This document shows, piece by piece, positions 19,758 to 31,747 of a stretch of DNA of 64,000 nucleotides (position 1 is the stretch's first letter; each line of letters begins with the position of its first letter). Below the pieces are notes generated by a model, which saw only the letters and a list, made by a program, of their open reading frames with translations, was not told where the DNA came from and searched no databases. Source of the stretch: Myxococcales bacterium (GTDB taxonomy: Bacteria > Myxococcota_A > UBA9160 > UBA4427); contig DUBZ01000013.1 in assembly GCA_012960035.1 (NCBI GenBank), forward strand, positions 3,228 through 67,227. Reading direction: 5' to 3'. A program made the translations under genes and the position numbers.

Positions 19758-20515
19758 TTGAGATTGAGAACGACGAAGCAAAAGATTCAGAAACGATCGG
19801 CACCGAAGAAGAAGGCCTCGAAAGCATCCAGGCGGGCGACGAGCTCGAAGCCGCGTTACGCGAAGCCGAGGAGGCGGTAGACCAACGCGCTGCCGACCGT
19901 GCTGCAGGCCCGATTGATGCCGAGGATGGAAACAGCGCCGACAAAATGACGATTGAGCTGCTTTCTCAGGAATTGCAGAGCCTGAAAGCCGATTACGACA
20001 CGGCACTTGCCGCGAAAGTCGAGGAAGACGACAAGCTGCTTCGCCTGACAGCAGAATTCGAGAACTTCCGGCGCCGCACCCTCAAAGAGAAGCAGGACAC
20101 CTTCAAGTACGGCCACCAGAATCTCGTCAAGGATCTCCTGGCTACGGTCGATAACTTGGAACGAGCCGTCGTGCACGTTGAGGGAAATAAGGACGGGGAC
20201 TTCCAGAGTTTGTTGCAGGGCGTTGAGCTTGTGCAGCGAGAGCTTTTGGGTGTTTTGACCAAGCACGGCGTTGAAAATATCGAGGCGGAAGGGCAACTAT
20301 TCGATCCGAACGTGCATGAGGCCATGGCACAAATTCCCAGTCCCGACCATCCCGAAAACACAGTGATTGAAGTACTACAAACGGGTTACATGCTGCGCGA
20401 TCGCATGCTTCGCCCAGCCAGAGTGGTGTTTTCCAAAGCCGCAGACGAAGGCACGGAGCAGCAAGGCAGTACAGAAGTTGAGCAAGGTGAGACTCCCGGA
20501 GACGGCGAGTCGTAG
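19754..20515 (+). CDS. grpE: Nucleotide exchange factor GrpE
   Basis: AEFENFRRR, DNLERA, FDPNVHEA, GYMLRDRMLRPARV. Confidence 0.95.
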   Translation: MIEIENDEAKDSETIGTEEEGLESIQAGDELEAALREAEEAVDQRAADRAAGPIDAEDGNSADKMTIELLSQELQSLKADYDTALAAKVEEDDKLLRLTAEFENFRRRTLKEKQDTFKYGHQNLVKDLLATVDNLERAVVHVEGNKDGDFQSLLQGVELVQRELLGVLTKHGVENIEAEGQLFDPNVHEAMAQIPSPDHPENTVIEVLQTGYMLRDRMLRPARVVFSKAADEGTEQQGSTEVEQGETPGDGES

Positions 20516-20562
20516 CGTTTGGGGCGAGTCAACACTTCCCCGAGCCATAAGGGGAGTCGTTG

Positions 20563-22452
20563 ATGGGCAAGGTCATCGGGATCGATCTCGGTACCACCAA
20601 CTCGTGTGTTTCAGTGATGGTTGGGGGTACGGTTGAAGTCATCGCCAACGCCGAGGGCTCTCGTACAACGCCTTCGATGGTCGCCTACACGGGCGCGGGT
20701 GAAAAGCTCGTCGGTCAGATCGCCAAGCGTCAAGCCGTGACCAACCCCGAACGAACCATTTTCGCCTGCAAGCGCTTGATCGGACGCACGATGACGTGCC
20801 CCGAAGTCGAGAGCTTCGCAAAGGTGGCGCCGTTTCCGATCGTCGCGGCTGAGAACGATGACGCGTGGGTCGACGTTGCCGACAGCCATCGATCACCCCA
20901 AGAGATATCGGCGTTGATTCTCGCCAAGATGAAAGACACCGCGTCTGAATACATCGGCGAACCCGTGACCGACGCTGTTGTGACCGTTCCGGCGTACTTC
21001 AACGACGCGCAGCGCCAGGCAACGAAAGAAGCCGGCACCATCGCGGGGCTCAACGTTCAGCGCATCATCAACGAGCCCACCGCGGCGGCACTCGCTTACG
21101 GGTTGAAGGACGACGACAACAAGAAGATCGTGGTGTTCGACCTCGGCGGCGGCACCTTCGATGTCTCGGTTCTCGAAATTGGTGACGGCGTATTCGAAGT
21201 GAAGAGCACCCACGGCGACACGTTCCTCGGCGGTGAGGACTTCGACAATCAGATCGTCGGTCACTTGGCGAAGCTCTTCGAAGACGAAAACGGCATCGAC
21301 CTTTCGAATGATTCGATGGCGCTCCAGAGACTCAAAGAAGCTGCGGAGCGTGCCAAGCACGAACTTTCGTCCGCGGAAGAGACGGACATCAACTTGCCCT
21401 TCATCAGCGCAACGGATGACGGGCCGAAGCATCTCGCGCTGTCGCTTTCGCGCGCGTCCCTCGAAGAATTGATTTCTGAGTTCATTGACCGTCTCGAGGC
21501 TCCTTGCGTGACGGCACTCGAAGATGCGGGATTCACGACGGCCGACATCGACGACGTGATCCTGGTTGGCGGCATGACGCGCATGCCGCGGGTACAGGCG
21601 AAGGTTGAAGAAATTTTTGGTCGCGCGCCGAACAAGACCGTGAACCCTGACGAAGTCGTTGCGGTTGGCGCCGCGATTCAAGGTGCGGTGCTCAACGGCG
21701 AAGTCGAAGACGTGTTGCTCCTTGATGTCACGCCTCTTTCGTTAGGTGTCGAAACCCAGGGCGGCGTCTCCACCAAGATCATCGAGAAAAATACAACGAT
21801 CCCGACGACGAAGAGCCAGGTCTTCTCGACCACCGAAGACAACCAGGACGTCGTACGGATTCACGTGCTCCAGGGCGAGCGCGACATGGCGTCAGACAAC
21901 ATGAGCCTCGGCCGATTCGAGTTGCTCGGGATTCCACCGGTACCCCGCGGTGTTCCGCAGATTGAAGTGACCTTCGCGATCGACACCGATGGTGTGACGA
22001 GCGTGGGGGCAAAGGATCTCGGTACGGGCAAGTCACAGGGCATCCGCGTCATGGCCCAGAGTGGCTTGAGCGAAGAGCAGGTTAAGGCCCTCGTGTCTGA
22101 GGCGGAAGAACATGCGGACGACGATCGCAATCGTCGTGGCCTGATCGAGCTCAAGAACAAGGCGACGGGTCTTGTGTACTCGACTGAGCGCACCCTCGAC
22201 GAATTCGGTGCCGACATCACTTCCGACGACTCCGAGGCCGTTCGCAAAGCGGTTGAGAACACGTCCGAGCTGATTGCGTCGGGTGACTACGAAGTCCTCA
22301 AGGAGTCCGTCGAGGCGCTCTCGATCCTTTCATACGGCATGACCGAAAAGCTCTACGCCGCGTTGGGTGGAGACGACGATGGCTCCCCCCCGCCCGCCGC
22401 CGCGATCGAGATCACGGATGAGGAAATCGAGTCCGAGGACGACGCCGAATAA
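20563..22452 (+). CDS. dnaK: Molecular chaperone DnaK
   Basis: [47 protein letters not shown]. Confidence 0.97.
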   Translation: MGKVIGIDLGTTNSCVSVMVGGTVEVIANAEGSRTTPSMVAYTGAGEKLVGQIAKRQAVTNPERTIFACKRLIGRTMTCPEVESFAKVAPFPIVAAENDDAWVDVADSHRSPQEISALILAKMKDTASEYIGEPVTDAVVTVPAYFNDAQRQATKEAGTIAGLNVQRIINEPTAAALAYGLKDDDNKKIVVFDLGGGTFDVSVLEIGDGVFEVKSTHGDTFLGGEDFDNQIVGHLAKLFEDENGIDLSNDSMALQRLKEAAERAKHELSSAEETDINLPFISATDDGPKHLALSLSRASLEELISEFIDRLEAPCVTALEDAGFTTADIDDVILVGGMTRMPRVQAKVEEIFGRAPNKTVNPDEVVAVGAAIQGAVLNGEVEDVLLLDVTPLSLGVETQGGVSTKIIEKNTTIPTTKSQVFSTTEDNQDVVRIHVLQGERDMASDNMSLGRFELLGIPPVPRGVPQIEVTFAIDTDGVTSVGAKDLGTGKSQGIRVMAQSGLSEEQVKALVSEAEEHADDDRNRRGLIELKNKATGLVYSTERTLDEFGADITSDDSEAVRKAVENTSELIASGDYEVLKESVEALSILSYGMTEKLYAALGGDDDGSPPPAAAIEITDEEIESEDDAE

Positions 22453-22595
22453 TCGGCCGAAAGCTCAGGTTCCTCCGGCAGTCGCCTTGCGCGATCAGTC
22501 CATGTGTCTAGAGTCCGACGCCGTGTCCCGCCGCTTGGTGGATGTGCACATGCAACTATTTTTCTGAAATGATTCCGAAGGCTTAGGGCGACGTT

Positions 22596-23726
22596 GTGAG
22601 CAAGCGCGACTACTACGAAATACTCGGGGTGGACCGACAGGTCTCCGAGGGCGACCTGAAAAAGTCCTATCGCAAGCTCGCGATGGAATTTCACCCGGAC
22701 CGAAATCCGGGTGACTCCGTGGCCGAGGACAAGTTCAAGGTACTTTCTGAAGCCTACGCGGTGCTCTCGGACGCTCAGAAGCGCCAGGCCTACGACCAGT
22801 ACGGGCACGCCGGCGTTTCGGGTGCGGGAGGCGCCCAAGACTTCGGCGATCTCGGTGGCTTCGCGGACATCTTCGGTGATCTATTCGGAGACATGTTCGG
22901 CGGGAGCCGCGGCGGTCGAGGTCGTGGACAGCGTGGTGCCGATCTTCGTTACAACCTCGAAATCGATCTCGACGATGTCCTGAACGGTACGAAGCCCAGT
23001 CTCGACATCCCCAAAACGAAAGCGTGCGACACATGCGAGGGGTCGGGCGCGCGTCCCGGGACGAGCAGGAAGCGTTGCGGACGCTGTGAGGGTCGGGGTC
23101 AGCTCGCCTTCCAGCAGGGCTTCTTTCGTGTGAACCGTCCGTGCGACGCTTGCCACGGTGCGGGCGAAGTCATCGAAGAACATTGTCGCGACTGCCGAGG
23201 GGCGGGTCGCGTCGAAACCGTGCAGTCGATTCAGGTCTCGGTCCCACCCGGCGTCGAGGAAGGCTCGCGCTTGCGGCTAACGGGAGAAGGCGAGGCAGGG
23301 CTCTCGGGCGGAGGCCCAGGCGACCTCTATGTCGTGCTCAGCATCAAGGCTCATCCACTGTTCGAACGCGAGGGCACCGACCTTCACTGCGAAATCCCGG
23401 TTCCTTTTGTCACCGCGGCGCTCGGTGGTGAAATTGAAGTTCCGACCCTCGAAGGGAAGGTCAAAACCAGCATTCCCGAGGGCACGCAATCGGGAAAAAT
23501 GTTGCGATTGCGCGGCAAGGGGCTCCCACCCCTCGAACCCCGTCTATCCACAGAGCAGCTCAAGAAGATGCGCGGCAATTTTTACGCTCGCATCTTTGTC
23601 GAAGTTCCCTCCAAGCTCAATGAGCGCCAGCGTGCATTGCTAGAGCAGTTTGCAGCCGAAAGTGGAACTGAGGTGTCGCCCGCGACATCGGGTTTCCTGG
23701 ACCGATTGAAGGACTTCTTCGATTGA
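22596..23726 (+). CDS. dnaJ: Molecular chaperone DnaJ
   Basis: J domain with HPD, G/F-rich region, four CxxCxGxG repeats. Confidence 0.97.
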   Translation: MSKRDYYEILGVDRQVSEGDLKKSYRKLAMEFHPDRNPGDSVAEDKFKVLSEAYAVLSDAQKRQAYDQYGHAGVSGAGGAQDFGDLGGFADIFGDLFGDMFGGSRGGRGRGQRGADLRYNLEIDLDDVLNGTKPSLDIPKTKACDTCEGSGARPGTSRKRCGRCEGRGQLAFQQGFFRVNRPCDACHGAGEVIEEHCRDCRGAGRVETVQSIQVSVPPGVEEGSRLRLTGEGEAGLSGGGPGDLYVVLSIKAHPLFEREGTDLHCEIPVPFVTAALGGEIEVPTLEGKVKTSIPEGTQSGKMLRLRGKGLPPLEPRLSTEQLKKMRGNFYARIFVEVPSKLNERQRALLEQFAAESGTEVSPATSGFLDRLKDFFD

Positions 23727-23993
23727 TTTGTCGCTTTCCGCGACATTGAGCCCAGTTTTCGCCGCGCGTTGGCAGCAAGTAGTGTCGGCCACTGCACGAT
23801 GCTGCCCAGCTTCGGTTTTCCCCACACTGTGCGACGCCCCTGAACTACACCCCTGAAAACAGCCGCGGCGATTTTGTAAAACTCGACCCATTCGGACCAT
23901 TGCCGCCGGCGGTCGCGAATGCGACGGTTCGCCCGAGGCAACGCCTCTAATCACCTTTCGCGAACATTGATGCCAAGTGGGGAAACCAGCGCC

Positions 23994-26153
23994 ATGAAAT
24001 TCAACCGAGCGAGCAAACCCAACCGGCTCGCTCTGATTGCGACTGCGTGCCTTGCCTGGTTCGCACTTTCTTGTGCCGGGACTTCGCGCGAGGCCAACGA
24101 CGCGGAAAGCAAGCAGTACCAGGTGGCGGCTCAAGTAGCGAAGCAAGACGCGGAAGAGGGCAAGCGACTCTTTATGGAGTTCCTCGATCAAAACCCGACG
24201 AGCCCACTCGCCGATGACGCCGCGGCGCAGCTCGCCGACCTTTCGCTTCAGGGTGCAGATGAGCAGGGCGCAGCCGGCTGGTTGCAATTGATCGTGCGCG
24301 ACTACCCGGATGAGGCCAACGCCGATCGCGCCAGGGTATTGCTCGCGGGAATGGAAGCGCGCAACGGTCGTGTCGTCGAAGCGCGCCGACTCCTCACGAA
24401 GGTTCGTTTCGAAAGACTGAATCCCGCAGAGGCGCGGCTCGCCTATCGGTTGTTCGCGGGCTTGAGCGACGACCCCGTTGATCGATTGAACTGGCAAGTG
24501 CGAGAGCGTTTCGCCGTGGTCGAAGAGCTCAAGAACGCCGACTACGAATCCCCGGTGTTGGGCGGCGGGCTCGAAGATCTAGAGCGCGAGATCATCACCT
24601 TGGTCGACAGTTTTGCGGATGAAGACCTGAACCGCGCGTCGCGTTTATTGCGCCGAGACCTTCCGGCCGGGCGAATCCTATTGCTTCTGTCCCGTCGCGC
24701 TTTGCAACGGGGTGACTTTGAAGCGGCGAACAACTACTTCGAGCGCGCTGATGGACACGATTTTATGTCCTCGGACAAAGCGTTGTTCGACGAAGTCGTG
24801 CTGGCACTCGAACTGCGAGAACGCATCGTTGAAGACGGTGGAACGATGCCGAGCTTTGCCGACGTCGCGGCGATTCCCCGCCCCGACTATTCCAACGTTG
24901 GAGGCGTGATCGGGGTTGTGCTTCCTTTGAGTGGTCGCTTTGCGAAGTACGGTGAACAGAGCCTCAACGGTATCGTCGCCGCCGCACGGATCTTTGGCAT
25001 CGAAGCCGAGATTTCGTCCACGATCGACATCGCAAACGAACAGAAAAGCGAGCCTCGTAATGAGGGCAATGAGGGCAGAGACGAGAACCGGCTGCGCCTA
25101 GTCGTTCGCGACAGCGAAGGCCTGCCGGAAACGGCCGCGTTGGCGGTTGTGTCTCTCGCGGCTGAAGACGATCTCATTGCGATCATTGGCCCGCTGCTCG
25201 GCGACACGGCCGAGGCCGCAGCGCCTGTTGCGGACCAGCTTGGGATCCCGCTTATCTCACTGACGTCCCGCGAAGAAGTGCCACAGAACCGGTCGTACGT
25301 CTTTCGCCTTCGCACGTCACCCCGAGATGAAATCCGCGCGTTGGTCGACTACGCGTCGAGTGAACTCGGCGCCAAGCGCTATGCGATTCTCTACCCCAAA
25401 GACAACTATGGGCGAGGCATGCGCGATCACTTTTGGGAAGCCGTATCGGCGGAGGGCGGCATGGTGGTGGCGTCTTCGGGGTACGAAACCGACGCCACGG
25501 ACTTTGCGCGCCCGATCCGTGACATGGTCGGGTACAAGCTTCTCACTCAAAAAGAAAAGGCAGCGCTTGAACGTAGAGAGACGGTTCTCCGGCGCTCTCG
25601 CAGACTCGACCCAGAGGAGCAGCGCTTGGTACGGGACGTTGCCAATGCCCTCGCGGGACCCGAAGGTGACCCGCTACCGCCTCAGGTCGATTTTGACGTT
25701 CTCTTTATTCCCGACTCGCACGACAAGATCATCTTGATCTCGCCCCAGCTTACGTTCCATGAAATCGATGACGTCAATCTCATGGGACCGAGTGGATGGA
25801 ATCATCCTGAACTTGTTTCGATCGGTCGCAAGCATGTGCGGGGTGCAGTGATCAGCGCATTGTTTCACGAGGAAAGCCGGTTCGAGTTCGTCTCCGATTT
25901 TGTTCGGCACTACACGGAAACCTTCGGAGAAACTCCCGACGTATTCGCGGCACACGGTTTCGATGCTGCGCGTCTCGTGATGGCCCAGTTAATTGCCGGG
26001 GCGAACGATCGCGAAGAGGTTCGCAACGGTATCTTGCGCACCCAGGGTTTTCCCGGTGCGTCCGGGGTGATCAACATGGCGCCCGACGGGAATGCGAGGA
26101 AGCGGCCGTTCCTCTTGAAGGTGCGGGGCGGCAAATTCGTTTCCCTCGATTGA
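23994..26153 (+). CDS. LpoA/LppC-like lipoprotein (penicillin-binding protein activator family)
   Basis: Lipobox ALSC, TPR-like N-terminal half, periplasmic-binding-fold C-terminal half (GVVLPLSG, IIGPL, GFDAA). Confidence 0.75.
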   Translation: MKFNRASKPNRLALIATACLAWFALSCAGTSREANDAESKQYQVAAQVAKQDAEEGKRLFMEFLDQNPTSPLADDAAAQLADLSLQGADEQGAAGWLQLIVRDYPDEANADRARVLLAGMEARNGRVVEARRLLTKVRFERLNPAEARLAYRLFAGLSDDPVDRLNWQVRERFAVVEELKNADYESPVLGGGLEDLEREIITLVDSFADEDLNRASRLLRRDLPAGRILLLLSRRALQRGDFEAANNYFERADGHDFMSSDKALFDEVVLALELRERIVEDGGTMPSFADVAAIPRPDYSNVGGVIGVVLPLSGRFAKYGEQSLNGIVAAARIFGIEAEISSTIDIANEQKSEPRNEGNEGRDENRLRLVVRDSEGLPETAALAVVSLAAEDDLIAIIGPLLGDTAEAAAPVADQLGIPLISLTSREEVPQNRSYVFRLRTSPRDEIRALVDYASSELGAKRYAILYPKDNYGRGMRDHFWEAVSAEGGMVVASSGYETDATDFARPIRDMVGYKLLTQKEKAALERRETVLRRSRRLDPEEQRLVRDVANALAGPEGDPLPPQVDFDVLFIPDSHDKIILISPQLTFHEIDDVNLMGPSGWNHPELVSIGRKHVRGAVISALFHEESRFEFVSDFVRHYTETFGETPDVFAAHGFDAARLVMAQLIAGANDREEVRNGILRTQGFPGASGVINMAPDGNARKRPFLLKVRGGKFVSLD

Positions 26154-26426
26154 GCGTTTTTACGCGAGTATTTTCGCTTTCAAGTCGAGTTGTGTTTTGA
26201 AATTCTGCGGAGCGTTCTGACCCTAGTGCGGTACTTCGCTGTGTGACCTGGATCACTTTTCTCGGCTCATTGGCCGCGGTTTACGGTTGCGATGGGGACG
26301 AAATTTCCGAGTCGCCGTTTGGTTGCCGACGCCCGCATTCACGCGAGTGTTTTCTCCTCACGAGAATTCCAGTTGATCGATCTCGGCCTCTCAAGTCGCT
26401 TCGGCGCCCGGACGAAACGGGCTTTA

Positions 26427-28844
26427 ATGATTGAATCTCCTTCTGACAAAGTTGCGCAAGAAGAACTTCCGATTCTTCCACTTCGTGAGTTCGTTCTTTT
26501 TCCCTATATGGTTCTCCCGCTCTTCGTTTCGCGGCAAAGCTCGATCGCCGCAGTAGAGGACGCGCTTGCGTCAGGCGGGCGGATCTTGCTCGTGGCGCAG
26601 CGCGATCCCGAGACCCAGGAACCAGGGAACGAAGACCTCTACAGCGTTGGCACCATTGCCATGGTGATGCGTAGCCTGCGTATGCCTGATGGTCGCCTGA
26701 AGGTGATGTTCCAGGGGTTGAGCAAGGCCCGTATCGACGCCTTTGTAGATCGCGAGTCGAGTAGTACCTGGGCAAGTGTCTCCTCGATTCCGAGCGACGA
26801 GACAGGCGTCTGGTGCGTCGAGAGCGAAGCACTCGTGCGTGCGGTTCGCACCCGAGTGGAAGAGCTACTGCCGCTTAAGGATTTACCCCCCGAAGTGCTG
26901 TCGATTATGACCAACATCGACGAACCCGGGCGTCTCGCGGACATCGTCGCCACGAATTTGCGTTTGCGACTCACCGAAGCGCAGGAAGTGCTCGAAGTCG
27001 AAGATTCGCTTTCTCGACTTCGCAAAGTCGATGCATTGGTGCGACGCGAGCTCGAAGTCACCACGATGCAGGCCGAAATCCAGCATCAAGCGAAAGAAGA
27101 GATGTCTCGCGGACAGCGCGAAGTCTTTCTCCGCGAACAATTGAGCGCGATCCAGAACGAATTGGGTGAAGTCGATTCGCGTGGTGGTGAAGAGACTGAC
27201 GAATACAGGCACAAGATCGAAGAAGCCGGGCTCGATCCCGAAGCACACGAGGAAGCGCTGAAGCAGCTGCGACGACTCGAGCGGATGCACCCCGACGGGC
27301 CCGAAGCGCAGGTTGCACGCAACTATCTCGACTGGATTGTAGCCCTGCCATGGTCCAATACTTCGCCAGATCAACTCGACCTGATGAACGCGCGTGCGAT
27401 CCTCGACGCCGACCACGCGTACTTGCACGAAGTCAAGGAGCGCATCCTCGAGTTCTTGGGCGTTCGCAAGCTCCGCGCTGACTCGCGGGGTCCGATCCTG
27501 TGTTTCGTAGGCCCGCCCGGCGTTGGAAAGACGTCGCTGGGTCGCTCGATTGCCCGCTCGATGGGACGCGAATTCGTTCGCGTGTCTCTTGGTGGCGTGC
27601 GGGACGAAGCCGAGATCCGCGGTCACCGACGGACATACGTCGGTGCGCTTCCCGGACGGATCATCCAGAGCCTGAAGTCTGCGGGCACGAACAACCCGGT
27701 CTTCATGCTCGACGAACTCGACAAGCTCGGTTCCGACTTCCGCGGCGACCCGTCTTCCGCGCTACTCGAAGTTCTTGATCCAGAGCAGAACTCGAATTTT
27801 GATGACCACTTTTTGAACGTCCCCTTTGATCTCTCGAAGGTGATGTTCATCGCGACCGCCAACACGATGGACACGATCCCAGCGCCGCTGCGGGACCGTA
27901 TGGAAGTGATTCAACTCTCGGGCTACACGCCGGAAGAGAAGTCTTCGATTGCCAACCGGTTCTTGATTCCGCGACAGCTGGCCGAACACGGCTTGCCTGA
28001 GACCAGCATCGAATGGGCGCCGAGTGCGGTCGACAAGATCTGCACGGGGTACACCCACGAAGCCGGTGTCCGTAGCCTCGAACGTCAGGTGGCCCAGGTT
28101 TGCCGCAAGGTTGCGCGCCGCACCGCAGAGGGCAATTCGGACGTCGTCCGCGTGACGTGCCGGAACCTCAAGAACTATCTTGGCATCGCACGCTTCGAAA
28201 GCGAAGTGCACTCGAAGCAAAATCAAATCGGCGTGGCCAATGGCCTTGCGTGGACGGAGGCGGGCGGTGAAGTCCTTACCATCGAAGCGTCCCTGACCAG
28301 AGGTGACGGGTTACTCCTCACGGGGCAGTTGGGCGACGTGATGAAGGAATCGGTGCAGACGGCATTGAGCTATGCCCGCTCGATCTTGTTCGACCTGGGA
28401 GTCGACGATCGCGCGCTGACCGGCAACCAGATTCATGTTCATGTCCCGGCAGGTGCCACGCCAAAGGACGGTCCGTCCGCAGGCGTCACCATGGCGACAA
28501 CGTTGCTCTCTCTCGCGACCCACAACCCGATTCGCGGCGACGTTGCGATGACGGGCGAAGTTACTTTGCGAGGCCGTGTGCTTCCGGTGGGTGGCATTCG
28601 CGAGAAGGCGCTCGCTGCGCTGCGCTGCGGGATCGATACTGTGATCGTTCCGAAGTCGTGCATGGCCGAAGTCGACGAGATTCCGAAGAAACTGAGGCGC
28701 AAGCTCAAGTTCGTTCCGGTCGAGACCATGCGAGAGGTTCTCGACGCGGTACTGTCGCAACCCCTGTCGTGGCGCGACAAAGCAGCGCAGCCCCCGATGG
28801 TGACCCACGCTCCTAGGCCGGTGGCTTCGGTAAAGGGTCGATAG
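26427..28844 (+). CDS. lon: ATP-dependent Lon protease
   Basis: LPILPLR N domain, GPPGVGKTS, RRTYVGALPG, catalytic PKDGPSAG and GGIREK. Confidence 0.97.
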   Translation: MIESPSDKVAQEELPILPLREFVLFPYMVLPLFVSRQSSIAAVEDALASGGRILLVAQRDPETQEPGNEDLYSVGTIAMVMRSLRMPDGRLKVMFQGLSKARIDAFVDRESSSTWASVSSIPSDETGVWCVESEALVRAVRTRVEELLPLKDLPPEVLSIMTNIDEPGRLADIVATNLRLRLTEAQEVLEVEDSLSRLRKVDALVRRELEVTTMQAEIQHQAKEEMSRGQREVFLREQLSAIQNELGEVDSRGGEETDEYRHKIEEAGLDPEAHEEALKQLRRLERMHPDGPEAQVARNYLDWIVALPWSNTSPDQLDLMNARAILDADHAYLHEVKERILEFLGVRKLRADSRGPILCFVGPPGVGKTSLGRSIARSMGREFVRVSLGGVRDEAEIRGHRRTYVGALPGRIIQSLKSAGTNNPVFMLDELDKLGSDFRGDPSSALLEVLDPEQNSNFDDHFLNVPFDLSKVMFIATANTMDTIPAPLRDRMEVIQLSGYTPEEKSSIANRFLIPRQLAEHGLPETSIEWAPSAVDKICTGYTHEAGVRSLERQVAQVCRKVARRTAEGNSDVVRVTCRNLKNYLGIARFESEVHSKQNQIGVANGLAWTEAGGEVLTIEASLTRGDGLLLTGQLGDVMKESVQTALSYARSILFDLGVDDRALTGNQIHVHVPAGATPKDGPSAGVTMATTLLSLATHNPIRGDVAMTGEVTLRGRVLPVGGIREKALAALRCGIDTVIVPKSCMAEVDEIPKKLRRKLKFVPVETMREVLDAVLSQPLSWRDKAAQPPMVTHAPRPVASVKGR

Positions 28845-28906
28845 CCTTTCGTTAGTCCGCCGATCAATCGGCTCGCGAAGCCGATTAGCAAGCTAGACTC
28901 GGCGCG

Positions 28907-29872
28907 ATGACCACCCTGGCAGAGCTTGGCGAGTTCGACCTCATTGCCCGCATCAAGGCGCGGGCAAGTCGCTTGCATAGTCGCGATGTCGTTGTTGGCA
29001 TTGGGGATGATGCCGCGGTTCTTAGGCCGCGTGCGAACGAGGACCTCGTCGTTTCAACCGATGCCCTCGTCGAAGACGTTCACTTCCGTTGGGACAATCA
29101 GTCGCCTGCAAGTCTCGGGCGTCGTGCGCTGCTCGCGAATCTTTCCGATCTCGCCGCAATGGGCGCTCGCCCGGTTGGCTTCACCCTGGCGCTCTCCGCT
29201 CCCACGTCTCTGACGCTTACCCGGATCGACGGAATGCTCGGCGGTTTGCTACGCGAAGCAAAGGCTTACGGGTGTCCCCTGATCGGCGGGAATCTGAGCC
29301 GCGCCAAGCAGACCACGATGGCGATTACCGTGCTGGGGGCTGTCCAGCGGGGGCGCGCTCTACGGCGCGACACTGCACAGCCAGGCGATGCCATCTGCGT
29401 CACCGGCACGCTCGGCGGTGCGGGCTTGGCCCTCCGCAAGAGCGGCGACTCAGGTTCCGCCCTGCGACATCTCCCAAAGGCGCGCGTCGCCGCGGGTCGG
29501 GCCCTCGCACGGTTGAAAAACGCGGGCGCGTGCATCGATATTTCTGACGGGTTTGTGTCCGACCTGGGCCACGTCCTCAAGGCGTCGGGAGTCGGGGCAG
29601 AGATCGATCTCTCTCGCATTCCAACTCCGCGGGCATTCGCTCGCGGTTGTGAACAACTCGGACTTGATGCCACCAAAATCGCGCTTCACGCGGGGGAAGA
29701 CTACGAGCTTCTCTTTACGCTCCGCTCGCTCAACGGAGTACGTCGACCGAGCGAAGCGGCTCTCTCGAAGCGGCTGGGCGTTCAAGTTACGGAAGTGGGG
29801 CGCGTCGAAAAGGCGCGCGGTTTGCGCGGGCTCGGTGCGTCAAGCTCGGCTGCTGGCTTTCGTCACTTCTGA
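28907..29872 (+). CDS. thiL: Thiamine-monophosphate kinase
   Basis: GEFDLI, GIGDDAA, NLSDLAAMGA, DISDG, GEDYEL. Confidence 0.95.
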   Translation: MTTLAELGEFDLIARIKARASRLHSRDVVVGIGDDAAVLRPRANEDLVVSTDALVEDVHFRWDNQSPASLGRRALLANLSDLAAMGARPVGFTLALSAPTSLTLTRIDGMLGGLLREAKAYGCPLIGGNLSRAKQTTMAITVLGAVQRGRALRRDTAQPGDAICVTGTLGGAGLALRKSGDSGSALRHLPKARVAAGRALARLKNAGACIDISDGFVSDLGHVLKASGVGAEIDLSRIPTPRAFARGCEQLGLDATKIALHAGEDYELLFTLRSLNGVRRPSEAALSKRLGVQVTEVGRVEKARGLRGLGASSSAAGFRHF

Positions 29873-29963
29873 AGTTGCACGTTCGTGACGGTGTCCTGCG
29901 ACTCGTCTAATTCGCATCTCATACGCCATCAAGGTGCACGTCGGTAGCGCCGATAGATTGTGA

Positions 29964-31250
29964 GTGAGAATCGCTCTGACCCACAAATTCCTTTCGGGAT
30001 CGCTACTCGTAGCGGCGTCTGGCGGGATCCTGCCTTGGGGCTTCCGAACCCTCGGACTCGAGTTTTCCGAGTGGGGATCGATGTTCATTGCACTCGGTGT
30101 CGGCGGTGGGCTCGGCTTTGCTTTGTCGCGAAGTCTGGGTCGCAAGCTCGAGGTGTTGCGCGAGGCGACTGACAGAATTCAAGCGGGTGACTTGACCGTG
30201 CAGTTGAAGGTTTCGGACCGCGAGTTTTTTGCGGACGAGACTGACGAACTCGCCGTTAGCGTGAAGGGCATGTTGAGCCAGCTCAATACGTTCGTACACC
30301 GCGTGCAAGACAACGCAGACTTGGTGACCACTGCCGCACACGACCTGACTCGAGAGATCGAAAACGTGCGCGAAGTCAATGAAGGCATTTCGAACACAGT
30401 CTCTACCGGGACCGAAGGCAATGCCCGAAAGCGAGAGCTTCTCGATCGCGCGACCAAGTTGATTGGACGGATCTCAAGCGACATCGAAGTGAACGCGGGT
30501 CGTGCGCGGGAAGCATTTGGCTTTGCTGCGGAAGCGAACCAGAAGGCAAGCAACGGTGTTGAAGTGTCGGGGCTCGCGATCGACAAGATGAGGGCCGTAT
30601 TCGAGCGCGTTGAAAAAACGGGGCAAATGGTGTTCGACCTCGAAGCCAAGACCGGCCACGTCCACCAGATCACCGAAATCATTACGAGCGTTGCGCACAG
30701 AACGAACTTGCTGTCGCTCAACGCTTCGATCGAAGCCGCACGAGCGGGTGAAGCGGGCCGCGGCTTTTCGGTTGTGGCGGACGAGATTCGCAAGCTCTCG
30801 GAAAGCGCCACGCGTAGCGCAGACGAGATCTCAAAACTGATCAACGAAATTCAGTCGGACACCAGTGAAGTCGCCGACGAAATGCGACAGTCGAGCGAAG
30901 TAATCACGGAAGGTCGCGAGGACGTCAATACGATCGTGGACTCACTCGGTGAGATCAGCATGGCGGTTGGCGAAGCCGCCGCACGTTCCGAAGCGATTTT
31001 TCACGATGCCGACGAGCACGCCATCAGTGCCGAGCGCATGGTGGCCGCGATGAGCGAGCTCAAGGGCAGCACTGAAGAAAGTGACAGTACCCACAGCGAA
31101 GTTGCCCGCATGGCTTCGGGCCAGCTTGGTGCCGTTTCAAAAATGGTGGGTGGGTCACTTGCGCTATCGACCGCCGCCGAAGAATTGCGCGAACTGCTGA
31201 GCCACTACCGAACCGCGGGTGGCGGAAGCGAAGGGGAGGGAGGAGCATGA
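29964..31250 (+). CDS. Methyl-accepting chemotaxis protein without periplasmic domain (DifA-like)
   Basis: Two closely spaced TM segments, HAMP region, [23 protein letters not shown] tip. Confidence 0.92.
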   Translation: MRIALTHKFLSGSLLVAASGGILPWGFRTLGLEFSEWGSMFIALGVGGGLGFALSRSLGRKLEVLREATDRIQAGDLTVQLKVSDREFFADETDELAVSVKGMLSQLNTFVHRVQDNADLVTTAAHDLTREIENVREVNEGISNTVSTGTEGNARKRELLDRATKLIGRISSDIEVNAGRAREAFGFAAEANQKASNGVEVSGLAIDKMRAVFERVEKTGQMVFDLEAKTGHVHQITEIITSVAHRTNLLSLNASIEAARAGEAGRGFSVVADEIRKLSESATRSADEISKLINEIQSDTSEVADEMRQSSEVITEGREDVNTIVDSLGEISMAVGEAAARSEAIFHDADEHAISAERMVAAMSELKGSTEESDSTHSEVARMASGQLGAVSKMVGGSLALSTAAEELRELLSHYRTAGGGSEGEGGA

Positions 31251-31720
31251 GCGAGCTTCCCGTTCCCGATGACAGCGTTTCAGGCAATCGTCTCATGACG
31301 TTTGAGGTGGGCGGCAACGTTTACGGACTACCGATTTCCGAAATTCTCGAAGTGGTGGAGCAGTCGGGTTTTAGCTGCGTCCCGACCCTGCCGCGGGAAT
31401 TGGGTGGCGTGATGAACTGGCACGGCGAAGCGCTGCCGGTGGTGGCGCCGCATTTGTTGCTGGGTGGATCTCCTGTAGTTGCACGCGAGTCGGGAACTCC
31501 GCAGCAGTTTCTCGTCGTGACCGATGGCTTGGATGTTGTCGCCCAGTTGGGATTGCCGATCGATTTTGTCTCTGGGTTGGTTGATGGAGAGCCGGGCCGC
31601 GCGCGGGGCGAAGACGTCGTCGTCGAACGCAGAACGGTGGATGACCGTGTTGTCAGTGTGATCAACCCGCAGCGCCTTGTGGCGCGAGCGGCAAAAATCA
31701 TAGAAGGTGCTGTTGCCTAG
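31247..31720 (+). CDS. cheW: CheW coupling protein (DifC-like)
   Basis: [28 protein letters not shown]. Confidence 0.85.
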   Translation: MSELPVPDDSVSGNRLMTFEVGGNVYGLPISEILEVVEQSGFSCVPTLPRELGGVMNWHGEALPVVAPHLLLGGSPVVARESGTPQQFLVVTDGLDVVAQLGLPIDFVSGLVDGEPGRARGEDVVVERRTVDDRVVSVINPQRLVARAAKIIEGAVA

Positions 31721-31747
31721 CGGTATTGCAGCCAAGTTGGAGGAAAC

